Positions 21,544 to 31,642 of a stretch of 32,000 nt of DNA are shown piece by piece. A program made the translations under genes and the position numbers. Under the pieces are notes generated by a model. That model worked only from the letters and a program-made list of their open reading frames with translations. It searched no databases and was not told the origin of the DNA. Source of the DNA: Paramicrosporidium saccamoebae KSL3 (Eukaryota; Fungi; Cryptomycota); NCBI GenBank assembly GCA_002794465.1, contig MTSL01000174.1:74484-106483 (forward strand), given 5' to 3'. How positions within the stretch are numbered: the first letter of the stretch is position 1; every line of letters begins with the position of its first letter.

Positions 21544-22236
21544 ATGTTTCAAGTGGCTCACCACGAGACAGTTGGACCCAATTTACCTAATAGAAGGATC
21601 GTTCCTTCCAAATCGGGTATTATAAAAAGCAAAAATCGACGATCCGGGAGAAAAATGTGTGGGAGATTCTGGCGATCTACAACTCTCTCGGTGGCATCGT
21701 TCTTGTTAGATTCAGTTGCACTTCTCGGCGGAATCCACCAGCCCATATTGAGAGAGCTCTACTGGCTCCATCCTCCGCATGTCTTTCCATTTGGTTTGTG
21801 GAACCACGCGGGTACGCCAAAGCTGGCGCTTTTTGTTCTGATTTGGACTCTGCGGATATTGGCACTGGGGAGATGGGTCATGGCGCTCGGATTTATACGA
21901 TTTCTCTACGTTTTCCATGGCCATCGCTATACCTGCGAGACTCGCACAGCAACAATCTCAAAAATACTCCTCGCCCTAAGCGCCTTGCGATTGCTTTTCG
22001 GAGTGGTACTTTGTGGTCTGTTCTGGTGTGTATACGTTCCAACTGTTCTTCCGTATGCTTCGCTAAGTAATCTGACGAGTCTGATCTCGAGGGGCCTGAT
22101 TGGCCCTGCGACATTTACAACAATGTCATCCACAGTTCTGGATGTGGGTGCTGTCATAATGAGTACATATTATCTCTGTCGTCAGGAACAATGGCGGAAA
22201 TTCAATCACGAAATGTCGCTCTTGGCCTGGCCATGA
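21544..22236 (+). CDS. Hypothetical multi-pass membrane protein (start may be ATG 21655)
   Basis: 230-codon ORF with about four hydrophobic segments, in a gap between known genes; no family recognised. Confidence 0.55.
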   Translation: MFQVAHHETVGPNLPNRRIVPSKSGIIKSKNRRSGRKMCGRFWRSTTLSVASFLLDSVALLGGIHQPILRELYWLHPPHVFPFGLWNHAGTPKLALFVLIWTLRILALGRWVMALGFIRFLYVFHGHRYTCETRTATISKILLALSALRLLFGVVLCGLFWCVYVPTVLPYASLSNLTSLISRGLIGPATFTTMSSTVLDVGAVIMSTYYLCRQEQWRKFNHEMSLLAWP

Positions 22237-22567
22237 GCTGGCCATTAATTGTCCGTGAGGTGTCATTTTGTCACTTGAGCAATCCCGCTTTGCAATTGGA
22301 TGTTTGAGCTGTTCACAATTCTTCAATTAATATTCATCGCCAAGTCCCAATAAATCAAAATTTATTCTCACAGTGAATAGAATGGGATCAGTGAGTGGAA
22401 CAATGTTCGTGAGTCAATAGACATTGGTTTACTGCTAAGCAACACAAAAATGATAGTTGCGAGACGGCATAACTATGTTCTGGGGATTCCAATGAAGAGC
22501 CTTATTACTGACCTCAATTATATTTACAATAATGAGGCTTTTGAATCGTAAATATCTACTCCCTCAT

Positions 22568-25500
22568 TTATTCGGCAGATAGCTGGTTAAGAAGACCTAG
22601 ACGCTGATCCAGAGTCAACAATTGCAAGAGTGACGGATCATAGTTGGATTTCACAAAGCTCCCAGCAATCAGAGAAATGGCTGCTCTTTCACGCAGATCC
22701 GCAGGACGAAAACTGAGAATCTGCGCAATCATCCCACTTTTGGGTATGCTATCCGTCCAGAGGTAAGCACAAATCAGCGTCACTCCAAAGAGATCCTTTG
22801 CAGGGACACGACAGCAAATCCTCTCACAGAGTTCAGTGGCTTCTGTAATTTTATCTTGGAGTATATAGTCAACTAGTAAGCCTCTCGAAGCTTCCTGCGC
22901 TTCCTCGTACATTTCCGCTTCAATTAGTGAATCTACCTGCCCCAAAGTATCGCTCAGATATCCGGCTTTCCATGCTCTAAATATGTTAATGTTTGCCATC
23001 CTTGCATATGATTCGTCTTGCTGCCGATACACATGTATGACAGGCAGCATGCATAGTTCAGAATGGCTCTTGATGAACGGGCCGATTGAGAGATTAATGA
23101 TCCTCGCCGCCAAATTCCATTGTCCTGTGGCAAGCAACTGGCCTGCAAGCTGTTTCTTAATAATTTGAAATAATGGCGCCCCAACTGGGTCATTGTGGAG
23201 AGCGATTGAGTGAGCGATAATGTAGGAACGGGTCCAGTCCCGGGGATCTCTCGGCTTCAGGGCCCTTAGAAGATGCTGCTGCTCGCCACAGACATTGTAT
23301 TTTAAAAAGTTCCACAAAAAGTCGCCTTCAATGCAAATTGCCCGTACAGCGGTGGCCAAATTACTTGGCGGATAATGCATCGCGGCAAGTAATATCCCTT
23401 CCCAGGGAAGATTAAAATCGTGACTGACACGTCCTGATAAGAGTGACAAGGTGAAGCGCTCTATTGCAGGAGCTGACGATGGCAGCAGCTCCAGTTGAAC
23501 GGCGGCGAGGGTGCACAGTGCATTGGCATAAGAGTCACCGGAACGGTTTTTGAGCGATGCCATGACTGCCAGGCGATCCAGACCAGCAAATGCAAGCAAT
23601 TCGTTCACATCTGCCAACTCGGCTCTACATATTGATGCCAGCTTATGATCCGAAAGTTTAGCTGCTATGCGGTTCTTGAGCCAAGCCAGCAAATCCTCTC
23701 GAGATCCGCTCTTCAAAATGGAAATCAGGGCCAAGGCTTTGTCAATTTCATCATCAGCGGCATCTTTCAGTTCAAGTTTGATGGGATCAACTGTCAACGA
23801 AGGAGGCGACAGAATTGTCCAAATTGAGCTAACACGATATCTCGAAATTAAACCTGATCCGTCCGGGAGCCAGCATAGCGAAAATCTCCTCCCGGCACTA
23901 GCAGTTTTGGCATGGTGAAAAGTGAGTGCTTCCCATTCGGGTGTCTAGGAAGAATTAATTTATTACTCTCTACACATGCTGTACCTTGGTGATACTTTGG
24001 TGTTGGTCTGATTCATTGTAGTCAGTCAAACCATAGGACGAAAAATGGTCCACACGGAACACCCAGGTTCCCGAGTCTGGTAGGTAATCCACAAATTGAG
24101 TATCCGGCATGCTCTTTAGACGGTCAATGTGTGTTTGCAGACGCGGATCTCCCATGTCTCGAATCGGCTGACGGTCTGCCTTACTCACACACCAACAACG
24201 CTCGAGACGTACTTCAGCTGCCACATTCAAGCCTGTTCCAACGGCGGGCTTTTCATCCTCGGGAAACTCGTCATCGGGATAAAGGGTGACGAGACGCGGC
24301 TCAAAAACAACAATCCTGTCAAAAATGTCGCTCAAAGCAATCTTGGTCAAATCAACTGGCTGGAGGAAGCGAACCTGTCCAATTCCACGCTGGCCAATGG
24401 TGAAATTTTGCACTGAACAAAGTTGAGCATATGGCAGCTTGCGCAGGGTGACGTCGTTGGGAATCAGAAACTTTTCACCAAAAGTGTCATTCTCACCGGC
24501 TGCTGGAGTGGAGGGCAATTCAGAAAAGCTGGCGACCCGACTTAGGCTGGCAAGACGGGAGCCAGATGCAGGCGTTGGGGGTGCATCACTCACCACCAGC
24601 TTCTTTGCAGACACGCGCTTGGGAAGGACAAACCCTGTCAGAGTCACAAGCGAGCCACCAGTGTGATTAGAAACTTCGGATGGAGGTTGGAGTCTGAATG
24701 AAGCCCGAGGCGTAAATCGGGCTGGGGAGCGCTGTGACGCAGTCTTTTCTCCAGCAGATCCAGTAGGGGGCGCAGCCTTTGGAGTGCTCAATGCAGCTGG
24801 AATTGGGGGCTTGATGGACAGAGATTCTGCAGAAATCAAAGGCATATTGCTTTGGACAGCAGCAGTTGAGGTAGCACTTGGGAACATGGGAGCAGTTGGT
24901 GCATTTGCGGCGCCTCCAAGATTAAACGAAAATCCACCCGAAGGCTGGGTCGTTGTCGGAGCAGAGGTTCCAAATGAAAAAGACGGCGCTGCAGGCTGAG
25001 CTGCGGGCTGTGTTCCGCCCAAATTAAAAGAAAAGCCACTGGAGGGAGGAGCCACCGGAGCCGCTGTACCAAATAAACTCGTTTGCTGTTGCTGTGCAGG
25101 AGCATTGAATGAAAAGCCACCAGCCTGGGCGGGTTGCTGCTGTTGCGGTTGCTGTTGTGGGCGAGATTGAGCGCCAAATGAAAATAGTCCAGCAGCTGGT
25201 TGGGCTTGCTGAGTAGGAGCAGCACCGAAAAGACCTCCTGAAGGGGCACCAAAAGTCGACGGTTGAGCAGGAGCGGCAGTGTTGGAACCAAATCCAAATC
25301 CAGTAGTAGCTGGCTTTGCGAACAAACCGCCAGACTGTGTATTGGTCGAAGGGAGTGTCCCAAACGATCCCGTATTGCCAGCACCTCCAAAGAGACTTCC
25401 ACTTCCCCCTCCGACTGTAGTCAGAGTTCCTGGCTGAGTACCAAAGCCTGTAGTTGTGGCCGGTTTTCCAAATGCACCAAAGCCAGTGGCAGCCGGTTGC

Positions 25501-26117
25501 TGAGTGCTTTGGGGTGCTCCGAAAAGACCTCCAGAGGGCTGCTGGGTATTCGATGGTTGATTCATGCCTCCAAAGGCACCAAAATTTGTGGTTGAGGGCT
25601 GCGCTGCTTGTGCAGGAGCACCAAAGTACTGATTGTTGGGCTGGGCGCCAAACGTCCCCGTGTTTCCTCCAAACGTTCCTGTGTTTCCTCCAAACACACC
25701 GGCATTTCCTCCAAACATATTATTAGAGGGCGCAGCAGGAGGTGCGGGCGCTCCAAAAATTCCTGCAGAAGAATTGAACCCAGAAGAAGGAACTGGCTGG
25801 CCGACTGCACCAAATGGCGCAGAGCTTCCCTTTCGACCCGCCAAATAATCCTCTAAGCGTAGCTCTTCCAAGCTCTTCTTTTCATAAGAGGGCATTGCAG
25901 TGATCGTGTGTAGCGAAATGTTTACATCATTCTCCAGACCCGTAGTCACGGAATAGCGAGGGGGAGCGCCCATGCCTGTCGACGCTCCGCCGAATTGAGT
26001 GGCTGGCGCACCAAACCCGCCGGGAGTACCAAAAGCAAAGCTATTTGTTTGCTGAGTTGGCTGTGGAGTGCCGAATGGAGTTGCTGTGCCTCCAGGAGTT
26101 CCGAATGGACGAAACAT
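22568..26117 (-). CDS. NUP98: Nup98-Nup96 polyprotein precursor (Nup145/Nup189-like); intron 23945-23984
   Basis: FG/GLFG repeats, GLEBS motif (TAMPSYEKKSLEELRLEDY) and autoprotease domain ending FRVDHF|S (24039-24047). A 40-nt intron joins in frame to 22568-23797 through GRRFSLCWLPDG, which resembles the Nup96 N-terminal SFxxxWxxxG motif. Confidence 0.9.
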
Positions 26118-26470
26118 GACTAAATGCCCACCACTGACCAGGGCGCGGAGAAAGACCAATCAATTTATTTGTAAAATGTGCTGCAATAATAGGTACAGGA
26201 GAGGAGCGATTAAATGTACGTGGATTGGCTGTATAGACGTGAGATTGGCATTACACACCAAGATTTAGCGTATCAGGGTGTTGATGGGTAAACTTGCCTG
26301 TATTAAAGTATAGGGCTTCTTTATAGGTGGCCATTCTTAATATAAGCAGACTGGACTGTGGGGCCGCTATCTGGGTCGGACTCACCAATAGTAAGTAGAT
26401 TCTGTTTAAAACAGGGTTTAACGTACTGAGATTTCATGTAGCAAGCTTTTACGTATTAAGGCTTGATCAA

Positions 26471-27103
26471 CTATTGTTTCTCAAACATTTCCTCGACATC
26501 AGAATCCGCTTCCACATCAGCATCAAATGCTTTGGAAGCGTCCTTTAATTGCTGCTCAAAATCTATCGATTCCAAGATTGCACCATGCACAACTTCAGGT
26601 TGATCTTCTTGGCCACTACCACCCCAAGAATGATTGGGTACCAGAGTTCCCACTCGAGGATATTTGAAATCAAAAAACGCCACCCAATCATTCAGGATCG
26701 AGCGCTCCTTATCGGTTAGATCGATTAATTCGTCCCACCCTTGGAGTGAATCAGTCTTGAGTTGCGGAATTATATGGGTCGCTAAAGAGCGAGATGCATC
26801 TCGACCTGCTAAGGCAGCATAGGATCCGCCTGGCCCGTAGTGATGACGTCCAGTAGTGACATCGTAGATTCGCTGATCCACTGCAATTAGAACATGTTCT
26901 AGCTCATCTCCATTGTATGGTAACAGCTCATCTAGTGTATAGTCCCGGTATTTGAGGGTTGTTGGTGGGATTTTCATGACAGGCCCCTTCTTGGCCTCTG
27001 GCTTGTTCTTCGTGTCTGTTGTCAGATATCCCAGTAGCCAGTAAGCCACGAAAATGTTAAAGACAAAGAGTGCGATGCCATATGGCCCGGAGAGAAACGA
27101 CAT
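26471..27103 (-). CDS. DAP1: Membrane-anchored cytochrome b5-like heme/steroid-binding protein (Dap1/PGRMC1 family)
   Basis: N-terminal TM (YGIALFVFNIFVAYWLLGYL), YTLDELLPYNG, IAVDQRIYDVTTGRHHYGPGGSYAALAGRDASRSLA, WVAFFDFKYPRVG. Confidence 0.88.
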   Translation of the reverse strand: MSFLSGPYGIALFVFNIFVAYWLLGYLTTDTKNKPEAKKGPVMKIPPTTLKYRDYTLDELLPYNGDELEHVLIAVDQRIYDVTTGRHHYGPGGSYAALAGRDASRSLATHIIPQLKTDSLQGWDELIDLTDKERSILNDWVAFFDFKYPRVGTLVPNHSWGGSGQEDQPEVVHGAILESIDFEQQLKDASKAFDADVEADSDVEEMFEKQ

Positions 27104-27163
27104 GAGCTGCTCAAGAGTGTATTCCGAATCCAGCTTAAGTGGTCGCAATTTGATTGGGTCCGC

Positions 27164-28044
27164 ATGAATTGGATAATTAAAGCTGTAGTGAAACAAAGGC
27201 CACCACGTATATGTAGCCTTTTGGCGTCCTCGTACGCGACAAAGGTGCCATTTGGCTTCAGAGAGGTGGAAGAATCCGAGAAATACAATCTTGGCACAAA
27301 CCTTCAATGGCGCTAATGTGTGTAGTGAGAGAAGTTTTCGAGAGGGTGGCGAGCAAGTATGATTTGATGAACGACGTGATGACTGCAGGAATTCATCGTC
27401 TCTGGAAGGACCAGTTTGCTGCCCATACACATCCTGTAAACGGCGCCAAGGTTCTTGATGTGGCCGGAGGTACCGGCGATATTGCATTCCGACTCATTTC
27501 CAATGCGAATAAGCGTGCTGTTTATGACTATTCTGTGACTGTTCTGGACATTAACGAAAAGATGTTAGAGGTTGGAAAGCAGCGTGCGACACAGAGGGGG
27601 CTAACGCGGGGATTAAGTTGGGTGGTGGGAAATGCGGAACAACTTTCTTTCCCTGACAACACTTTTGACGTTTACACTGTCGCTTTTGGAATTAGAAATT
27701 GTACGCATATCGACAAAGTCCTGAGTGAAGCATATCGAGTACTCAAGCCTGGTGGCAAGTTTTTGTGCCTGGAACTCTCGCCCGGTGCATTTCAAGACGC
27801 GCCGTTTTTGAAGTCCTTTTACGACAAATATTCATTTGAAATCGTGCCCATTTTGGGACAGCTATTTGCAGCAGATCGACAATCATACCAGTATCTAGTT
27901 GAAAGCATCAGAAGGTTCCCTGATCAGAAGAAATTCTCAGAAATGATTACCAATGCAAAATTTGAGCGAGTCTGCCACGAAAACTTGTTTAATGGAGTTG
28001 CGGCCATTCATTTTGCCTGGAAGCCAAAAGAACATGCGATGTAA
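27164..28044 (+). CDS. COQ5: COQ5 C-methyltransferase (UbiE family), mitochondrial; GC-AG intron 27294-27325
   Basis: Spliced MNWIIKAVV...PFGFREVEESEKYNL|VREVFERVASKYDLMNDVMTAGIHRLWKD, VLDVAGGTGDIAF, AFGIRNCTHI, YQYLVESIRRFPDQ. Confidence 0.93.
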
Positions 28045-28221
28045 TGTGCTGCGGTGTGATGTGATTTCGTGTGGTGTGATGTAGTGGATTGATTACAATT
28101 GAATAGAATAAATCACAATGAGCATCAATGGATGAGAGAGGGATAAACCATCGTCGCTACCCATGAAGCAGCATAATATTTATTAAACAGTCGTAAACTA
28201 ATTCTCCCACCGCGCAACATT

Positions 28222-28737
28222 TTATTGGGCTGCGCTTTGGGTTCGGATTTGAAATACACATTGAGGAAAGGATGGAATCTCTGCAGTAACAGTGGTCACT
28301 ATGCCCATATTTGCAAGAGCACCGCGTAGCATTCCGCACGGGAAGGCAAGATACAGTACGGCCATTTTTGCCGTAGCGGGATTGCTGCCATCGACACTGA
28401 AGCGTGATATCCATTGAAAGTTTTGATCCTGTAGCACAAAGACGCCGCGGTGGTTAGTTTTTAAATTATCGATACCCTTACCAAAGGCAACCATCCAAAA
28501 TTCCTTGCATAAAAACTTGACGACATCTATTTGTTCAGGAAGTCGGGAGACTTGGGTTTGGGCAAGTAGTCTCTCGACCAGTCTCTGGCCAACCTGGTAT
28601 CCAAGCTGCTCTATCCTATAGAATGCAGCTTCGTGATCGTGCTCGTCTTCGGTTTTACTGTCTTCGAGCGCCTTGAATGCGACTTGCATAAAGAGGAGAT
28701 TGAAGGCCACTGCATTCACCTGGTCTACGCCGCTCAT
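28222..28737 (-). CDS. TRS33: TRAPP subunit Trs33 / TRAPPC6
   Basis: IEQLGYQVGQRLVERL, DVVKFLCKEFW, IDNLKTNHRGVFVLQD, FPCGMLRGAL. Confidence 0.92.
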   Translation of the reverse strand: MSGVDQVNAVAFNLLFMQVAFKALEDSKTEDEHDHEAAFYRIEQLGYQVGQRLVERLLAQTQVSRLPEQIDVVKFLCKEFWMVAFGKGIDNLKTNHRGVFVLQDQNFQWISRFSVDGSNPATAKMAVLYLAFPCGMLRGALANMGIVTTVTAEIPSFPQCVFQIRTQSAAQ

Positions 28738-28778
28738 TGGTCGCGCCGCCAAGGCCGGGGCAACCGAATTTCACTATC

Positions 28779-29402
28779 ATGGGAGGCAAGAAGCCTTTGA
28801 AGAAGTTTGCAGTCAAAAAGGTGATCAACAAGAACACTGATACTCGAGTGTAAGCAGACTTGAATGATCTGTAACCTTTATGTAGTAAGGCTGTGCAGGA
28901 AAAAGTGAAGCGGCGGGAAGAGACGGAAGAGAATAGCAAGGTGCGAAATGTCCAACAGGTGGCGTCATCCCTCTTTTTTAAGCACAACACTGCGCTCGTT
29001 CCGCCATATCAAGTTCTGGTTGATACCAACTTTATCAACTTTTCTATCCAAAACAAACTAGACATCATGAAATCCATGATGGACTGCATGTACGCAGAGT
29101 GCAAGCCGTGCATCACTGACTGCGTCATGGGAGAGATAGAAAAGATGGGAAGCAAATTTCGCATCGCGCTTCGACTTGCCCGAGATGACCGTTTCGAGCG
29201 TCTACCCTGCATGCATAAAGGAACATATGCGGACGACTGTATTGTTCAGCGCGTCACTCAGCACCGTTGTTTTATTGTGGCTACCTGCGACAAGGGTCTC
29301 AAGCAACGACTGAGGAAGATTCCTGGTGTTCCGATCATGTACATTGCGGGTAGAAAGTATACAGTAGAGCAAATGCCTGAAGCATATGGAGTATTATATT
29401 AA
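28779..29402 (+). CDS. FCF1: rRNA-processing PIN-domain protein Fcf1/Utp24; intron 28850-28885
   Basis: [16 protein letters not shown]...[30 protein letters not shown]...[14 protein letters not shown]...[19 protein letters not shown]. Confidence 0.95.
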
Positions 29403-29790
29403 AGCATAATTGCAGTTAGTGGGTTGTAGGTTGTGGGTAGCAGATAGTGGATATTGGGTAGTGGAAAAGCATACGCAGTATAATAAGCGATGGGCCAATT
29501 AGCATTTAAGAGACGATAATATTTCCCAAGATCAGACTAGAGACGAAAATTAATAAGATAACTCTCGCCTAAAGTGCTTGACAGTAAGTTCCTGTACGGT
29601 TGCTGTACCATCATGTAACACGGTGGAGAAGTACTGAAGCGTAGGGTGGGTTGGAAGGGCAAACTTGGGTTTATTAAAGGCGTCTTTATAGGTACTCATC
29701 CCTACCATGCTAGATTGTGGGATCACTATCAAGATTACCACATAATCTTATACTATTCAACATGGATTTTCATGTCCAAGGGCAGTTTAT

Positions 29791-30332
29791 TTACAGATTA
29801 ATTGTGTCAGTGATAGTCTCCTCGTCAAGCTGGCTGGATTGTGGGTCGAGTATCTCGGAAAAAGTGTCCAAGTCAAATGATATGGATGGAGATGTTTCCG
29901 GAAGATGGCTGGTTGGATGCATCGGCATCACTGGAGTTACATCTCTGTAGTCCAACGAAAGACTTTTAGTTCTCGGAGTATCGGAAAAGTCGCTAATAGC
30001 GGGATAGTAGAGCGCTGGATCGAATAGATAGGGATCACAACTGTACTCGTAAATCCATGAATCGCTCAATGCTCTGGGTCGAAAGTTTCCACGTCGACTG
30101 GACGGATCAACTACGACGTGTAAGCTCTTCATCACCACAACTTACCAGAAGGACAGAAGCGAGCGTAATGGCCAATACCTCCGCAGGCATAGCATTTCGG
30201 TGGATTGTCCACCAAGTACACGGACGGTAGCGATGTGCAGTGGCGCGCCCAATGGCCTTTACCGTGACACAGATAGCAGGTATTCCGGTCAACGGGCTGT
30301 TCCAAGTGATTTGTCGTATCCGTGTCCGTCAT
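29791..30332 (-). CDS. Protein with two CCHC zinc knuckles (168 aa); intron 30111-30145
   Basis: CYLCHGKGHWARHC and CYACGGIGHYARFC; a gtaagt...tag intron joins in frame to 29791-30110. Confidence 0.75.
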
Positions 30333-30364
30333 TGATGATGGCCAAATAAGCTTTATTTTGTGAG

Positions 30365-30842
30365 CTAGCCAGTGGGGGCTTGATCAATAGGATCAGCTGG
30401 CTCGGGTTCTGGCGATTGGTCGGGAGGTTCGGATCGGTGATGTTCCTTGGGTAGAAGAAGCACAACTAGATGTAAGGCTCAAAGTAAAGACGGTATACAG
30501 ATCACAATGGCCAGTAGAGTGACGAGCAATAGAAAGATTAAAAAGTTGACCTTGAAGTTTTTCCACCAGAGCTTGCGCCGAACTGCAGCCGTATTTCGAC
30601 GGAAATGCACCGAGTTTTCGTTAATTGTGTCTACATACTAAGAAGGTGACGCTAAGAGCACTTGATCTTTCAGCCAAGCTCTGCAAGCTATCTCCGCGGT
30701 CAATAACAGTGTCCAGGTTGGCTTGCATAACATTGACCAATTTGCCCACATGGTCCTGCAGATGGGCCGTGTTCGGGCTAAGCTGTTCAGCAGACTTTTG
30801 TGGTTTCAGTGGGATGTTTGGATTTGGAGGGGTAGGGCTCAT
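30365..30842 (-). CDS. Synaptobrevin/VAMP R-SNARE; intron 30631-30661, probable second intron 30466-30498 (otherwise stop at 30479)
   Basis: LQDHVGKLVNVMQANLDTVIDRGDSLQSLAERS|NTINENSVHFRRNTAAVRRKLWWKNFK, then a TM segment; zero-layer R in DRGDSL. Confidence 0.88.
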
Positions 30843-30908
30843 TGCTGTGGACCTGTGCGTTGCACCAGTTATCAAGAGTCACGCCGAATGCTGATTGGCC
30901 ACTTGAGC

Positions 30909-31416
30909 ATGAAGTCGTCCATCGGCCGTTCTGTCCTTTCTGGCTTTTTGAAGAGGCGGCCAATTTCTCTTTGCCAAAAGGTATGAAGCGTAGTGTATTG
31001 TGTCATAAGGCAGTCATTATCGACCGCAAATGGAATTAAGGTGGTTTATCATGATGCGGACGGCAAGAAGATTACAGTGTATGGCGAAGAAGGGCAGGAT
31101 ATAATGAGGCTTGCTCATGAGAACGATATCGATTTAGAGGGCGCATGCGAAGGCTCCCTAGCATGCTCGACCTGTCATGTCATTGTGGATCCAAAGTACT
31201 ACTCGAACCTACCCGAGCCGTCAGATGAAGAAAATGACATGCTAGACCTAGCCTTTGGGCTCTGTGAAACGTACCAATACTCTTGAGTCTTATTAGTACA
31301 GGTCTCGTCTAGGATGCCAAGTAAAGCTACGAAAAGATTTAGATGGCATTACTGTGACAATACCTAGCGCAACGAGGAACATGGCCGTAGACGGCTACAA
31401 GCCCAAGCCTCATTAA
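30909..31416 (+). CDS. YAH1: Mitochondrial [2Fe-2S] ferredoxin (adrenodoxin/Yah1); introns 30981-31013, 31271-31301
   Basis: [29 protein letters not shown]|SRLGCQV, ending [13 protein letters not shown]; Arg/Ser-rich transit peptide. Confidence 0.95.
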
Positions 31417-31519
31417 TAGATTGTTTTTATGAGGTTTTTGTGTGGGGAGGGTTCTTGGGAGATTAGCATGCAATTTGTAGCAAGACCTCAATACAAAAGT
31501 CTTTGATCCATCTACATGC

Positions 31520-31600
31520 TCCGTCTTAATCTCCACCTTAATCTTCACCTTGATTTTAATCTCCATCTTCACCTTAGTCTACATCTTACTTTTAATCCCC
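31520..31600. repeat. Degenerate 6/12-bp microsatellite (AATCTC/CACCTT-type)
   Basis: ttaatctccaccttaatcttcaccttgattttaatctccatcttcaccttagtctacatctt. Confidence 0.8.
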
Positions 31601-31642
31601 TTCTGAGTTCCCACCTCCACCCATACACGATACGTTTATTAC

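Noticed and set aside
27104-27487. N-terminal extension of DAP1 given by the ORF track (to 27487)
   Set aside because: It overlaps the COQ5 coding exons on the opposite strand; family architecture begins at the TM helix after ATG 27103.
29550-29741. Small minus-strand ORF (MSTYKDAFNKPKFALPTHP...)
   Set aside because: Short, no recognisable motif and no clear splice link to the zinc-knuckle gene; cannot be supported without expression data.
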